From: Dehalococcoidia bacterium
GTDB lineage: Bacteria > Chloroflexota > Dehalococcoidia > Lucifugimonadales > Lucifugimonadaceae
NCBI GenBank assembly: GCA_963580625.1
Contig: CAUZKS010000001.1
Location: forward strand, 1-41,269
Length of the DNA: 41,269 nt
Direction of reading: 5' to 3'
Both the position numbers and the translations under genes were made by a program. The notes below the pieces were generated by a model. That model saw nothing but the letters and a program-made list of their open reading frames with translations, had not been told where the DNA came from and ran no database searches. Numbering within the stretch: the first letter of the stretch is position 1; the number at the start of each line of letters is the position of its first letter. This document shows positions 1-8,351 of the stretch, piece by piece.

Positions 1-278
1 GGATCTCATTTTCGCACTCACCGTCTATGTAGTCAGATCCGTTCTCTCGAAGTTCGTTGCATGCCGGCCGAGCCGGAATTATTCGCCTTACAAGGGAATC
101 TGGAGAACCAAGAACCACTAGATCTCGTGAATCGTTGTCTCCGTAAGTCTCTGAATTTCCCCCCGAACACCGCCGGTGCGCACATCCAACATGGTCTATA
201 CCACTCAGAGTTGAGGGTTCCTGTCAGCCGTGCACAGAAGATGACTTGACGCTATCACGAGGGTCTTACATACGTTGT

Positions 279-787
279 TGCCCCACGCATGAACGAAGAA
301 CAGTTTGCTGAGGTAGTCGAGAACTACTCCAGTTTCGTCTACAACGTCGCATACCCGATGATGCTCCCCCGGACGATGCCGACGACGTGGTGCAGGACCC
401 GTTCATATCCGCCTATCGGGCTAAAGATCGATTTCGTGGTGACGCACAGGTAACGATGTGGCTATACCGAACACGGTGAACGCTGCGCTTATGCGGATCC
501 GCTAGAACAAGCGCCGGATTCAGCAGACCGCACCCGAAAACTCTTGCCAGAAGCACAATGTCGCTAACTGGGACGAAACCCCGTATAAAGCCGCATTGAA
601 CTCAGAGTTGAGCCAGGAAGATCAAATCAAATATCGCACTGATCCCCGAGGACCTTCGCGCGGCCGGCGTTCTCCTGGATGTGAAGGGCATGTCAAACAC
701 CGAAGCGTCCTAGATATCTCAATCTCGGCGCTAAAGGCGCGATTACATCGTGGGCAGGTGGCGCTGCGAGACATGCTTGACGAGTAA
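279..787 (+). pseudogene. Degraded ECF-type (RpoE-like, sigma-70 family) sigma factor
   Basis: ATG at 279 opens MNEEQFAEVVENYSSFVYNVAY. Recognisable region 2 (DDADDVVQDPFISAYRAKDRFRGDAQVTMWLYR), the linker (TVNAALMRIR*NKRR, in-frame TAG) and region 4 (IPEDLRAAGVLLDVKGMSNTEAS, then LDISISALKARLHRGQVALRDMLDE) lie in different frames. At least 3 frameshifts and 1 in-frame stop are needed to read through. Confidence 0.6.
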
Positions 788-835
788 GTGAAGGAGCGAT
801 CTGACTGAGAGCGCTTACAGTACTTGATAAGAATT

Positions 836-870
836 TAAAAAGGGGCGGTCGCCATGACCGCCCCTTTTAT
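836..870. terminator. Bidirectional rho-independent terminator between convergent genes
   Basis: Perfect 9-bp GC-rich stem GGGGCGGTC (842-850) / GACCGCCCC (856-864) with a 5-nt loop. An A-run lies on the left and TTTT on the right. Confidence 0.7.
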
Positions 871-916
871 TTGTCTTGCTGACTCAGTGATTCGTCCCCG
901 GTCAGGGATTGGCCAC

Positions 917-1780
917 CTAGATCGTGTAGGTGTCCACCATCTCCGCGGGTGTGCGGGAGCGTGCCCTTTTACGTACATCTTCTTGAAGGTCTTCGAGCGT
1001 AGGTCGCTCTTCCTTGTAAATGACGCCGAGCGGCACTCCTGGCGCCCGGGCCATATCCTCGGCCGCTCTCTTGTCCGTCGGGTCGTGGTCTTCTGGGACG
1101 GCGTAGACCTGAGGTGCGATCCCCAACTTCTTGTTGCCCTTGAGCAGGTCAAACGTGTCGTTGTACGTCGTGCAAGGCGACTGCACGTGAACGATCGAGA
1201 AGCCTTTGTGGTCCATCGCCTCTCCGATGAGTTTGGCGAGGTCACGCGGCCGGCTCGAGTAATGGGAGCCGATGAAGGACACGCCATGCGCCAGATACTG
1301 CTCAAAGGGCTTCATGGCCGCCTCAAGCTTGCCGAATGGTGTGGAGCTGGTCATCGTGCCGAATATCGTTGTCGGCGACGCTTGACCCTTGGTGAGGCCA
1401 TACACGCCGTTGTCCATGATGACGCAGGTCACGTCTATGTTGCGCTGTGCCGCGGGGCCGATGTGCTCGGCACCAATACTCAGGAAGTCGCCGTCGCCGG
1501 CCACAACGATGGTGTTGATCTCCGGACGGGCCTGCTTGACGCCAAAAGCCACGGGCAGGGTTCTCCCGTGGATTCCGTGTACGCCAAAGGGCTGCTCACC
1601 CTCGGTGAGGTGTACAAGATTCCCGGAGCACCCGATTCCCGCAACGATGACACTGTTGGACATCGGCATTTCGGTCTTCTCTGAGTATGCCTCCATGGCC
1701 CATTCAAGCGCGCGCCGCACGCCGAAGTCGCCACAACCGGGGCACCACTTAAAGTCGTATTCAGGATTTCGATCACTCAT
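917..1780 (-). CDS. korB: 2-oxoacid:ferredoxin oxidoreductase, beta (TPP-binding) subunit
   Basis: 287 aa. N-terminal CPGCGDFG motif, GIGCSG, and the TPP-binding VVAGDGDFLSIG motif. The start overlaps the stop of the upstream alpha gene (ATGA). Confidence 0.85.
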   Translation of the reverse strand: MSDRNPEYDFKWCPGCGDFGVRRALEWAMEAYSEKTEMPMSNSVIVAGIGCSGNLVHLTEGEQPFGVHGIHGRTLPVAFGVKQARPEINTIVVAGDGDFLSIGAEHIGPAAQRNIDVTCVIMDNGVYGLTKGQASPTTIFGTMTSSTPFGKLEAAMKPFEQYLAHGVSFIGSHYSSRPRDLAKLIGEAMDHKGFSIVHVQSPCTTYNDTFDLLKGNKKLGIAPQVYAVPEDHDPTDKRAAEDMARAPGVPLGVIYKEERPTLEDLQEDVRKRARSRTPAEMVDTYTI

Positions 1781-3507
1781 ACGAGTACCTTACCGCCTTT
1801 GTGCGCCTCTATCGACTGCTTGATCTCTTTGACCAGGTCTCGGACCTTGAACGGCAGACCGGTGTACTGGGTTATTGAGGTGGCCCGGAATCCGTCTGCC
1901 CGAAGCAGGCGGCTCCACTGGCCCTGGTAGTTGAGTTCCGGAACGATGACCAGTTCCTTGCGGCCGATCTCGTCGTTAACAGCTTCCGGCAACGGGTGGA
2001 GGGTCATGGTGTAGATCCAGCCGATGTCCACGCCTTCGTCCCGAAGTTGTAGGTACGCCTCACGAACCGTTCCCTTGGAGCCACCCCACGGCATGACCGC
2101 GATCGCGGCGGTCGGGTTTTCTATTTCGTACGGGCCATCGTTCAACAACTTCAATTTGCCGAATCGGCGTTCCATACCTCGGATGTGTCGTATCGGGAGG
2201 TGAGTTGAGTCACCCATACCGTCGTGTTCGCTGGCGTTTGCAACGTAAGCACCAGGCCCGCCCGGAAGTGGCATTGGGCCAAGTTCGTCCGCTTCGTAAC
2301 GCTGGTAACCATTGTCGCCTGTGTAAACCTCACGGGAGGTCGCTATGACTTTTGAGAGATCCGGTTTTGGAATGTTCTGGGAGCGTTCAGCCTGTTGCAT
2401 CTCAGACATCAGGATTACCGGGCCCTGGTATCGCTCCGCCCATTTGATGGCGAGAGCTCCCGCGTAGAAGCACTCTTCTACCGACCCCGGGGCGATGACC
2501 GGCATCCGAACATCTCCATGCGCAGGGTACATGCAGGCGAACAGATCGGACTGTTCGGTTTTGGTCGGAAGTCCGGTGGCAGGACCCCCACGCTGGACGT
2601 CGACGACGATAACCGGAATTTCTGCCATCCATGCGAATCCGAGCCCCTCGCTCATTAGCGCGATGCCTGGTCCCGCGGTGGCGGTCATGGCTTTCCGGCC
2701 GTTGTAACCGGCGCCGATGATCGCGCCTATGGCCTCGATCTCGGAACTGACCTGGTATGCGAACCGGTCTTCGCCGACCAGGTTCTGCTCCATCCAGACC
2801 AGGATCGTCGTGGCAGGCGAGATCGGGTAGCCGGCATAGAAATCAAGTCCGCCCTGTACGGCGCCTACCGCGATGGCGGCGTTTCCGGAGATCATGATCT
2901 GTTCATAGTCGGGACGAACTGCAGGCTCCAACTCGGTGAGCGAGAACCCACTTTTACGGGCCGCCTCGGCTCCGCGATCGAGCGCTTTGCTGTTGGCTTC
3001 TACGATCTGTTCGTCACCCGGACGGCCACGCGTGAATCTCTTGGTGACGTATGCCTTGAGCGCCTCAAGCGGGAAGTTGGCCAGGGGCGCTATAGCACCT
3101 AGGACCACCATGTTGGAGGCCCGGGCGTTGCCGACCTCTTTGGCGATCTCATCAAAGGGGAGCCCAAAGCTCTGGGAGTCACCCGGCGGATCGAACTCGC
3201 CGGAGTTGTAAATGATCACACCCTCGGGGACGAGATCGTCCTTGTGATTGTTGAAACCATCTTCGCTAAAAGCGACGAGAACGTCGACATCGTCGCCATC
3301 ACTTAAGGTCGGAGTGGTCGATATGTGGACCTGCGTGTGGACCGGACCGCCCAAAATCTGCGACGGAAATGTGGCATACGTTTGAACGTGATAGCCGGCC
3401 TGTGCCGCTGTGGCTGCAAGCGACTCGGCCGAGGTCACGACACCGGCTTCGCCGGCGAAACGTACTACCAGATCGGTTTTACCCAAGGGTTCCTCCATCA
3501 TCCCCAT
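1777..3507 (-). CDS. korA: 2-oxoacid:ferredoxin oxidoreductase, fused gamma-alpha subunit
   Basis: 576 aa. The N-terminal gamma-type domain (VVRFAGEAGVVTSAESLA...) is followed by the alpha/pyrimidine-binding domain (GYPISPAT, GGPATGLPTKTEQSDL). A more likely start is TTG at 3486, preceded by GGAGG with a 5-nt spacer. Confidence 0.85.
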   Translation of the reverse strand: MGMMEEPLGKTDLVVRFAGEAGVVTSAESLAATAAQAGYHVQTYATFPSQILGGPVHTQVHISTTPTLSDGDDVDVLVAFSEDGFNNHKDDLVPEGVIIYNSGEFDPPGDSQSFGLPFDEIAKEVGNARASNMVVLGAIAPLANFPLEALKAYVTKRFTRGRPGDEQIVEANSKALDRGAEAARKSGFSLTELEPAVRPDYEQIMISGNAAIAVGAVQGGLDFYAGYPISPATTILVWMEQNLVGEDRFAYQVSSEIEAIGAIIGAGYNGRKAMTATAGPGIALMSEGLGFAWMAEIPVIVVDVQRGGPATGLPTKTEQSDLFACMYPAHGDVRMPVIAPGSVEECFYAGALAIKWAERYQGPVILMSEMQQAERSQNIPKPDLSKVIATSREVYTGDNGYQRYEADELGPMPLPGGPGAYVANASEHDGMGDSTHLPIRHIRGMERRFGKLKLLNDGPYEIENPTAAIAVMPWGGSKGTVREAYLQLRDEGVDIGWIYTMTLHPLPEAVNDEIGRKELVIVPELNYQGQWSRLLRADGFRATSITQYTGLPFKVRDLVKEIKQSIEAHKGGKVLV

Positions 3508-4157
3508 TTCAGGGGTTCAAAGACATGACGATCTTCACTCGAGAGATGCGAAAACGACCGCCAACGAGGACTTTGCCTCTTTGATTAGTTACTTCGTTTA
3601 GTCCGAAGAGCGATTCGGAGACTTACGCCCGTACGACTCCAGAGCGATTCCGGGTTGGTTAGAAATTAATGCCGGTTACGAATTCCGTAAAGCCCTTATT
3701 TCTAGACGCGTACAGACGACCGCCCGTTCACAGTTGCTACGTTATTTTCGTAGCCTTCGTATTCGTTCCGTGACTGTGTCAGTCGGTCCTCGTCAATAAT
3801 TAGCGTGGCCGGAATTACGGTTAACAAAATCGACCGAACGTATTTTAGCCCCTTTTCGTACGTGAAAAATGGCACGAAGTTTCGGTGCCCGGCCTCGGCC
3901 GAGAACGGCGCTTGCTGAGCGGAGCGTGTATGGGCCACGGGCATCGTAAAAGACGGTCTGCAGGTTCATTACGAACGGATCTGGTTGCCCACAGAATATT
4001 GATCGCCACATGTAATTTCGACCTTTTCGGGGTTAAATGGTGACTCGACTCATGATTTCCAGACCAGTTATCCCGGTGAACAACAGGGAGACTCAGGCCA
4101 GTTTCTTCAAATTCGTCAGAAAAATCCGAAACAAGACAGGCGATCTCCGCGGGCGGC

Positions 4158-4568
4158 GTGGTGCTGCGACATATCACAAACGGGTTTGAGGTGGTGCTCT
4201 GTTATAGGCAGAGCGGAAACCTCTGGGCACTGCCGAAAGGAACGCCCGAGGAAGGCGAGTCAAAGGAGGAGACAGCGCGACGGGAAGTAACGGAAGAGTC
4301 CGGATTAGAAGTTGTATGCGGCCCATCTGTTGGCGAAACCCGATACTCTTTCGTGCGAGACGGCTTTATTTATGAAAAAGTGGTCTACTTTTATTTGATG
4401 TCGGCCGTCGGCGGCGACACCGGGCTGCACGACGAGGAGTTCGACCTCGTCGAATGGGTCCCGGTGGAACAGGCGATGGAGCAGCTTACTTTTAAGAATG
4501 AGTCACGAATCGTGGAGAAAGCTCTTCCCATGGCGGAAGAGCAGCGCACCGGCCAGGCCCCCGAGTGA
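4158..4568 (+). CDS. NUDIX hydrolase
   Basis: 136 aa. Complete Nudix box GTPEEGESKEETARREVTEESGL (Gx5Ex7REUxEExGU). GTG start. The frame is open upstream to 4080 but has no canonical start there. Confidence 0.8.
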   Translation: MVLRHITNGFEVVLCYRQSGNLWALPKGTPEEGESKEETARREVTEESGLEVVCGPSVGETRYSFVRDGFIYEKVVYFYLMSAVGGDTGLHDEEFDLVEWVPVEQAMEQLTFKNESRIVEKALPMAEEQRTGQAPE

Positions 4569-5187
4569 ACGGCTCGTGGGTGACCTTGTCGTTTTACGCG
4601 CCAAGAAGTTCAGCGACGTAGATCGCGACTATTCGTGGCGATCTGACCCGGAGCTGGCTGAACTTGACGCGACAACGCCGATACGACTTTCTCTGGACGA
4701 GTACGGCCGGCACTACCGAGACGAGATCAACTACCCGTCCCCATGGTCCGTCAGGTACGCCATAGAGACGAACGAAGGCGTGCACATCGGTAATGCGATG
4801 TATTACGACATCGATCGCTCCAAGAGCCAGTGCGAACTTGGCATCATGATCGGGAATCGTGACTACTGGAGCCGAGGCTACGGAACGGACGCGATATTGA
4901 CGCTACTCCGTGCCATCTTTGAGGAAGCAGTCCTTCAACGGGTATACCTTCACACGCTTGCCTACAACGAACGCGCACAAAAGGCCTTCAGGAAGGCCGG
5001 GTTCACTGACCTTGAACCGGTGCATCGTGACCGCAGGGACTTCCTCAAGATGGAGGCCTTCAGCGAGGCGTGGTTCGAAACTTTTGACGGCTCGCCCGAG
5101 CCATCCGAGCCCCTGGAAACGCAGGGCCAGAACGGGTCCCAGGTAACCGGGGCCTCCGGACCAAACGGAGCAACGGACCTCAACTAA
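4498..5187 (+). CDS. GNAT family N-acetyltransferase (RimJ/RimL-like)
   Basis: 229 aa. Acetyl-CoA-binding core ELGIMIGNRDYWSRGYGTDAILTLL...NERAQKAFRKAGF. The annotated start overlaps the NUDIX gene by 71 nt. The in-frame GTG at 4576 (VGDLVVLRAKK...) is a more plausible start. Confidence 0.75.
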   Translation: MSHESWRKLFPWRKSSAPARPPSERLVGDLVVLRAKKFSDVDRDYSWRSDPELAELDATTPIRLSLDEYGRHYRDEINYPSPWSVRYAIETNEGVHIGNAMYYDIDRSKSQCELGIMIGNRDYWSRGYGTDAILTLLRAIFEEAVLQRVYLHTLAYNERAQKAFRKAGFTDLEPVHRDRRDFLKMEAFSEAWFETFDGSPEPSEPLETQGQNGSQVTGASGPNGATDLN

Positions 5188-5257
5188 GCTCCCCGGTCCC
5201 GTAATTACCGCTCGATCGGTTTGAGCCTGCTAACGCCTTCGTTCCCCCGTACAAAAC

Positions 5258-5296
5258 AAAAGCCGCCGCCGAACAAATGTCGGCGGCGGCTTTTTT
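5258..5296. terminator. Bidirectional rho-independent terminator
   Basis: 10-bp perfect stem GCCGCCGCCG (5262-5271) / CGGCGGCGGC (5281-5290), followed by TTTTTT and preceded by an A-rich run. It lies between convergent GNAT and SDR genes. Confidence 0.75.
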
Positions 5297-5323
5297 AGAT
5301 CTCCAATCGTGCGACTCGCCGGA

Positions 5324-6265
5324 TCAGGACGCTGAGCGATCCCTCGGCGGTGTTGCCCGCTGTGGGTTGAGCAGATCCATGCCAAGAGTGCCCGGGAAGA
5401 CTGCCGCGATCTCCTTGACCGTCCATCGGCCGTCCTTGTGAATGGACTTCACCGGGTACGGGTCCGTGAACAGGCTGATGATATTGCCCGTACAGTGGAA
5501 TACGTGTCCTGAAACGTGCTGTGCGGCATCAGAAGCCAGCCACGCCACCATCGGAGCCACATGCTCCGGAGCACGCGTCAGCACACCGGTCGGCGGTTGC
5601 ATCTTTCCTTCCTGTCGCATCGCACGTGTCGTGTCCGGCACGCTCGCCGTCATCCGCGTGTCTCCGCCCGGCGAGATGGAATTTGCTGTGACGCCGTACT
5701 TGGCAAGGTCACGGGCGACGACCCGGGTGAACCCGGCGAGGCCATCTTTCGCTGCGCCGTAGTTGGCTTGTCCGGACGCTCCAAACAGTCCCGATACAGA
5801 ACTGAAGGTGATAATGCGTCCGCTCTTCTGCTGGCGGAACAGGATGCTGGCGGCCCTTACGATGTTGAACGTGCCCTTGAGGTGAACGGCTATGACGGCG
5901 TCCCACTCTTCTTCGGTCATGTTGAACACCATGCGATCTCGCAAGATGCCGGCGGGGGTGACGACGATGTCCAGCCGCCCGAACTCGTCCAGTGCCTGTT
6001 GAACCAGCTCGTCTCCGGTCTCAAACTTCGTCACGTCGCCGTAGTTGGCGACTGCCTGGCCTCCGTTTTCGCCGACCTCGTTCACGACCTGCTGGGCAGG
6101 CGTGTTGTCGAGACCTTCACCATCGAGCGATGCGCCGATGTCGTTAACGACTACCCGTGCACCGAGACTGGCGAGCTTGAGTACAACTCCCCGTCCAATG
6201 CCCCTGCCACCACCTGTAACGATGGCGACTTTGCCGTCTAGCCTCGCGTTGTTTTCTTCTGTCAT
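5324..6265 (-). CDS. SDR family oxidoreductase, MFE-2-type (3R)-hydroxyacyl-CoA dehydrogenase-like
   Basis: 313 aa. TGGGRGIG cofactor motif, VVVNDIG...GGQAVANYGDV, PAGILRDR, and catalytic S...YGAAK. The pattern closely parallels the dehydrogenase domain of peroxisomal multifunctional enzyme type 2. Confidence 0.8.
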   Translation of the reverse strand: MTEENNARLDGKVAIVTGGGRGIGRGVVLKLASLGARVVVNDIGASLDGEGLDNTPAQQVVNEVGENGGQAVANYGDVTKFETGDELVQQALDEFGRLDIVVTPAGILRDRMVFNMTEEEWDAVIAVHLKGTFNIVRAASILFRQQKSGRIITFSSVSGLFGASGQANYGAAKDGLAGFTRVVARDLAKYGVTANSISPGGDTRMTASVPDTTRAMRQEGKMQPPTGVLTRAPEHVAPMVAWLASDAAQHVSGHVFHCTGNIISLFTDPYPVKSIHKDGRWTVKEIAAVFPGTLGMDLLNPQRATPPRDRSAS

Positions 6266-6334
6266 TTTTATTGGTTCCTCTTGAAAGTGCCCGAAGTATC
6301 TGGAAATATTGGGAAATTCATGGATGCCGGTCGA

Positions 6335-7258
6335 TTAGAACTTCGCCGGTTCCAAAGTGAGGCCCTGGACGATGTGCTTCGGGACGAGGTCCTGCAGTTG
6401 ATCGGTCGTCCACTCACCGCCCGGGTTGAAGATCGTGCGCGCCGGTCGAGGCTGCGACCAGAGGGCGACTGTGCCGCCTGACACGTAGAAGTGCTGGCCG
6501 TTAACATCCGCCGCGTAGTCGGAAGCAAGATATGAGACGAACGGTGCTATGTCCTCTGCGTCTCCGGCCCCGCGCTCCAGATGGTTGCTCATCCCCAGGT
6601 TGAGGGAGGCCCGGTCAGGCCTGGCGTCCGGGATGGTGGCAATCATGCGGGTCTGTGCCGCCGGTGAGATGGCGTTCGCGGTTGCGCCGTATCGGCCAAG
6701 GTCCCGTGCGACAACCTTGGTGAAGCCGGCGATTCCCGCCTTGGCCGCGCCGTAGTTCGCCTGGCCCGGGCTGCCGGTCAGTCCGCTGCCTGAGGAGAAG
6801 GTGATCACGCGGCCTGAGCGCTGCTGGCGGAACAGGATTCCGGCGTGCTTGACGACGGTGAACGTGCCTTTGAGGTGGACGTCGATCACGGCGTCCCACT
6901 CGGCCTCGGTCATGTTGAAGATCATTCGGTCACGAAGGATTCCGGCCGGTGTGACGACGATATCTATCCTGCCGAACTCGTCCACCGCCTGCTGGACCAT
7001 TCGCTCTCCGCCGGCCATTTCGGTGACGGAATCCATGTTGGCAGACGCCTGTCCACCGGCGGCTCTAATGCCAGCGGCGACTTCACCAGCAGGGCCGTCA
7101 TCGGGCGTGGTGCCGTCAACGTTCACACCGAGGTCGTTTACGACCACCGACGCGCCGTACTCGGCAAGCGACTCGGCGATGGCTTTACCGATGCCGCGTC
7201 CGGCACCGGTAACGAGGGCCACTTTGCCTTCTAATACTCGTTCTTCGTCTGTCAACAA
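6335..7258 (-). CDS. SDR family oxidoreductase, paralogue of 5324-6265
   Basis: 307 aa. TGAGRGIG, VVVNDLG, PAGILRDR and YGAAK. By eye it is collinear with the neighbouring SDR and identical at roughly half or more of positions. Confidence 0.8.
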   Translation of the reverse strand: MLTDEERVLEGKVALVTGAGRGIGKAIAESLAEYGASVVVNDLGVNVDGTTPDDGPAGEVAAGIRAAGGQASANMDSVTEMAGGERMVQQAVDEFGRIDIVVTPAGILRDRMIFNMTEAEWDAVIDVHLKGTFTVVKHAGILFRQQRSGRVITFSSGSGLTGSPGQANYGAAKAGIAGFTKVVARDLGRYGATANAISPAAQTRMIATIPDARPDRASLNLGMSNHLERGAGDAEDIAPFVSYLASDYAADVNGQHFYVSGGTVALWSQPRPARTIFNPGGEWTTDQLQDLVPKHIVQGLTLEPAKF

Positions 7259-7352
7259 GATTGCTCTCTCCTCGGGAGCCCGGTCCTCTCAGCGTCTGCT
7301 GGTCCCGGGCGAGATCTGGATTGCGTTTGTGGTGCTCCGGGTTGGAGCGATT

Positions 7353-7793
7353 TTATTGCTTAGTTCTCCCCCACATCGGCAGCGACACGATCGCCTTGCC
7401 CGGCGTCGTGGCCTTGCCGGCGCCGTTGTGGAGCGCGATCTCGCACTCGACGATGCCGACACCGTCTTCAACGCGTTTGTCCGTAACGGTCCCGCTACAG
7501 ACGAGATCCTCGTTCGGGATGTCCATCGCCCGGTACGATACGGAAAGCTTCTTCAGCTGGCCGTGTGGTCCCATCCAGTCGGTAACCAACTGTCCAAGGA
7601 ACGCGTTCTTCAGAGCGCCGTGGATGATGATGCCGGGCAAACCGTTATTTCGGGCGAACCCGTCGTCGTAGTGGATCTGGTAGTAGTCGCCGGAAGCTCC
7701 AGCGTACTTGACCAGTTGCTGTGATGTTGCGTTTTTGGAAAGTGGCGAGACGTCGTCGCCGACGTTCACGTCCTCGTAGTAAAGCTGAGTCAC
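7353..7793 (-). CDS. MaoC-like (R)-specific enoyl-CoA hydratase, catalytic hot-dog subunit
   Basis: 146 aa. Hydratase-2 motif with the Asp/His pair retained (YAGASGDYYQIHYD) and IIHGA downstream. The size matches HadB/ChsH-type single hot-dog subunits. Confidence 0.75.
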   Translation of the reverse strand: MTQLYYEDVNVGDDVSPLSKNATSQQLVKYAGASGDYYQIHYDDGFARNNGLPGIIIHGALKNAFLGQLVTDWMGPHGQLKKLSVSYRAMDIPNEDLVCSGTVTDKRVEDGVGIVECEIALHNGAGKATTPGKAIVSLPMWGRTKQ

Positions 7794-7795
7794 GG

Positions 7796-8269
7796 CTATT
7801 CCTCTTCTACTGGCGTTGCGTAACTGATGCCGGTGGTGCGCTGAGTCGCAGCCAACTGGCCGAGCTGGTTCACGTACCGGGTTTCGGCCGTCGTAAACAG
7901 CATCGTACCGAGACGGCCTTGCCGCTCCGTGAGCTCCACGATTGCCTTGGTAACAGTGATCCTGTCGCCGACCCTGATCGGCTGAAAGAACTCGTACTCG
8001 CTGCCGCCGTCCAGGTTGTTCGGGAACGGCCTCGGGAACTCGCTCTTCGCCTCACCCGCTATAAGAGATCGCAGGAAGGTCGGCGGTGCGACTATCACGC
8101 CGTAAGGACCGTTACGGGCGGCCGTTTCATCCTGGAATAGCGGATTGGAGTCTCCAATCGCCTGTGCAAACTTGATCACGGCGCCCTTTTCGACGTCGTA
8201 GGTGATCGGGTCGGATTCGACATCGAGATGTGCACGCATCTCATTGGAAATGACGGACTCGTCAGGCAC
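7796..8269 (-). CDS. MaoC N-terminal-like hot-dog protein, probably a non-catalytic partner subunit
   Basis: 157 aa. The motif region FAQAIGDSNPLFQD keeps the Asp but lacks the His. It ends 2 nt upstream of the catalytic hot-dog gene. Confidence 0.65.
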   Translation of the reverse strand: MPDESVISNEMRAHLDVESDPITYDVEKGAVIKFAQAIGDSNPLFQDETAARNGPYGVIVAPPTFLRSLIAGEAKSEFPRPFPNNLDGGSEYEFFQPIRVGDRITVTKAIVELTERQGRLGTMLFTTAETRYVNQLGQLAATQRTTGISYATPVEEE

Positions 8270-8351
8270 GCATTCAACTCCAGTGACCCCAACAGAGATC
8301 GGGGGGGGCCGTTACGTTCGTTTCAAGTGTGGCCGGAGTTTAGGAGAGCGC

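Noticed and set aside
61-249. 62-aa ORF at the left edge.
   Set aside because: It has no recognisable family and no Shine-Dalgarno, and it lies in the same apparently degraded or error-rich edge as the broken sigma gene.
854-1684. Long antisense ORFs opposite well-supported genes. Examples: 854-1684+, 5516-6241+, 6801-7724+, 9606-10178+, 17078-17578-, 26545-27096-, 27587-28270-, 36554-37153-.
   Set aside because: They are Arg/Ser/Pro-rich translations with no recognisable motifs. Each lies fully inside a gene on the other strand that has clear family signatures. These are typical shadow ORFs of GC-rich DNA.
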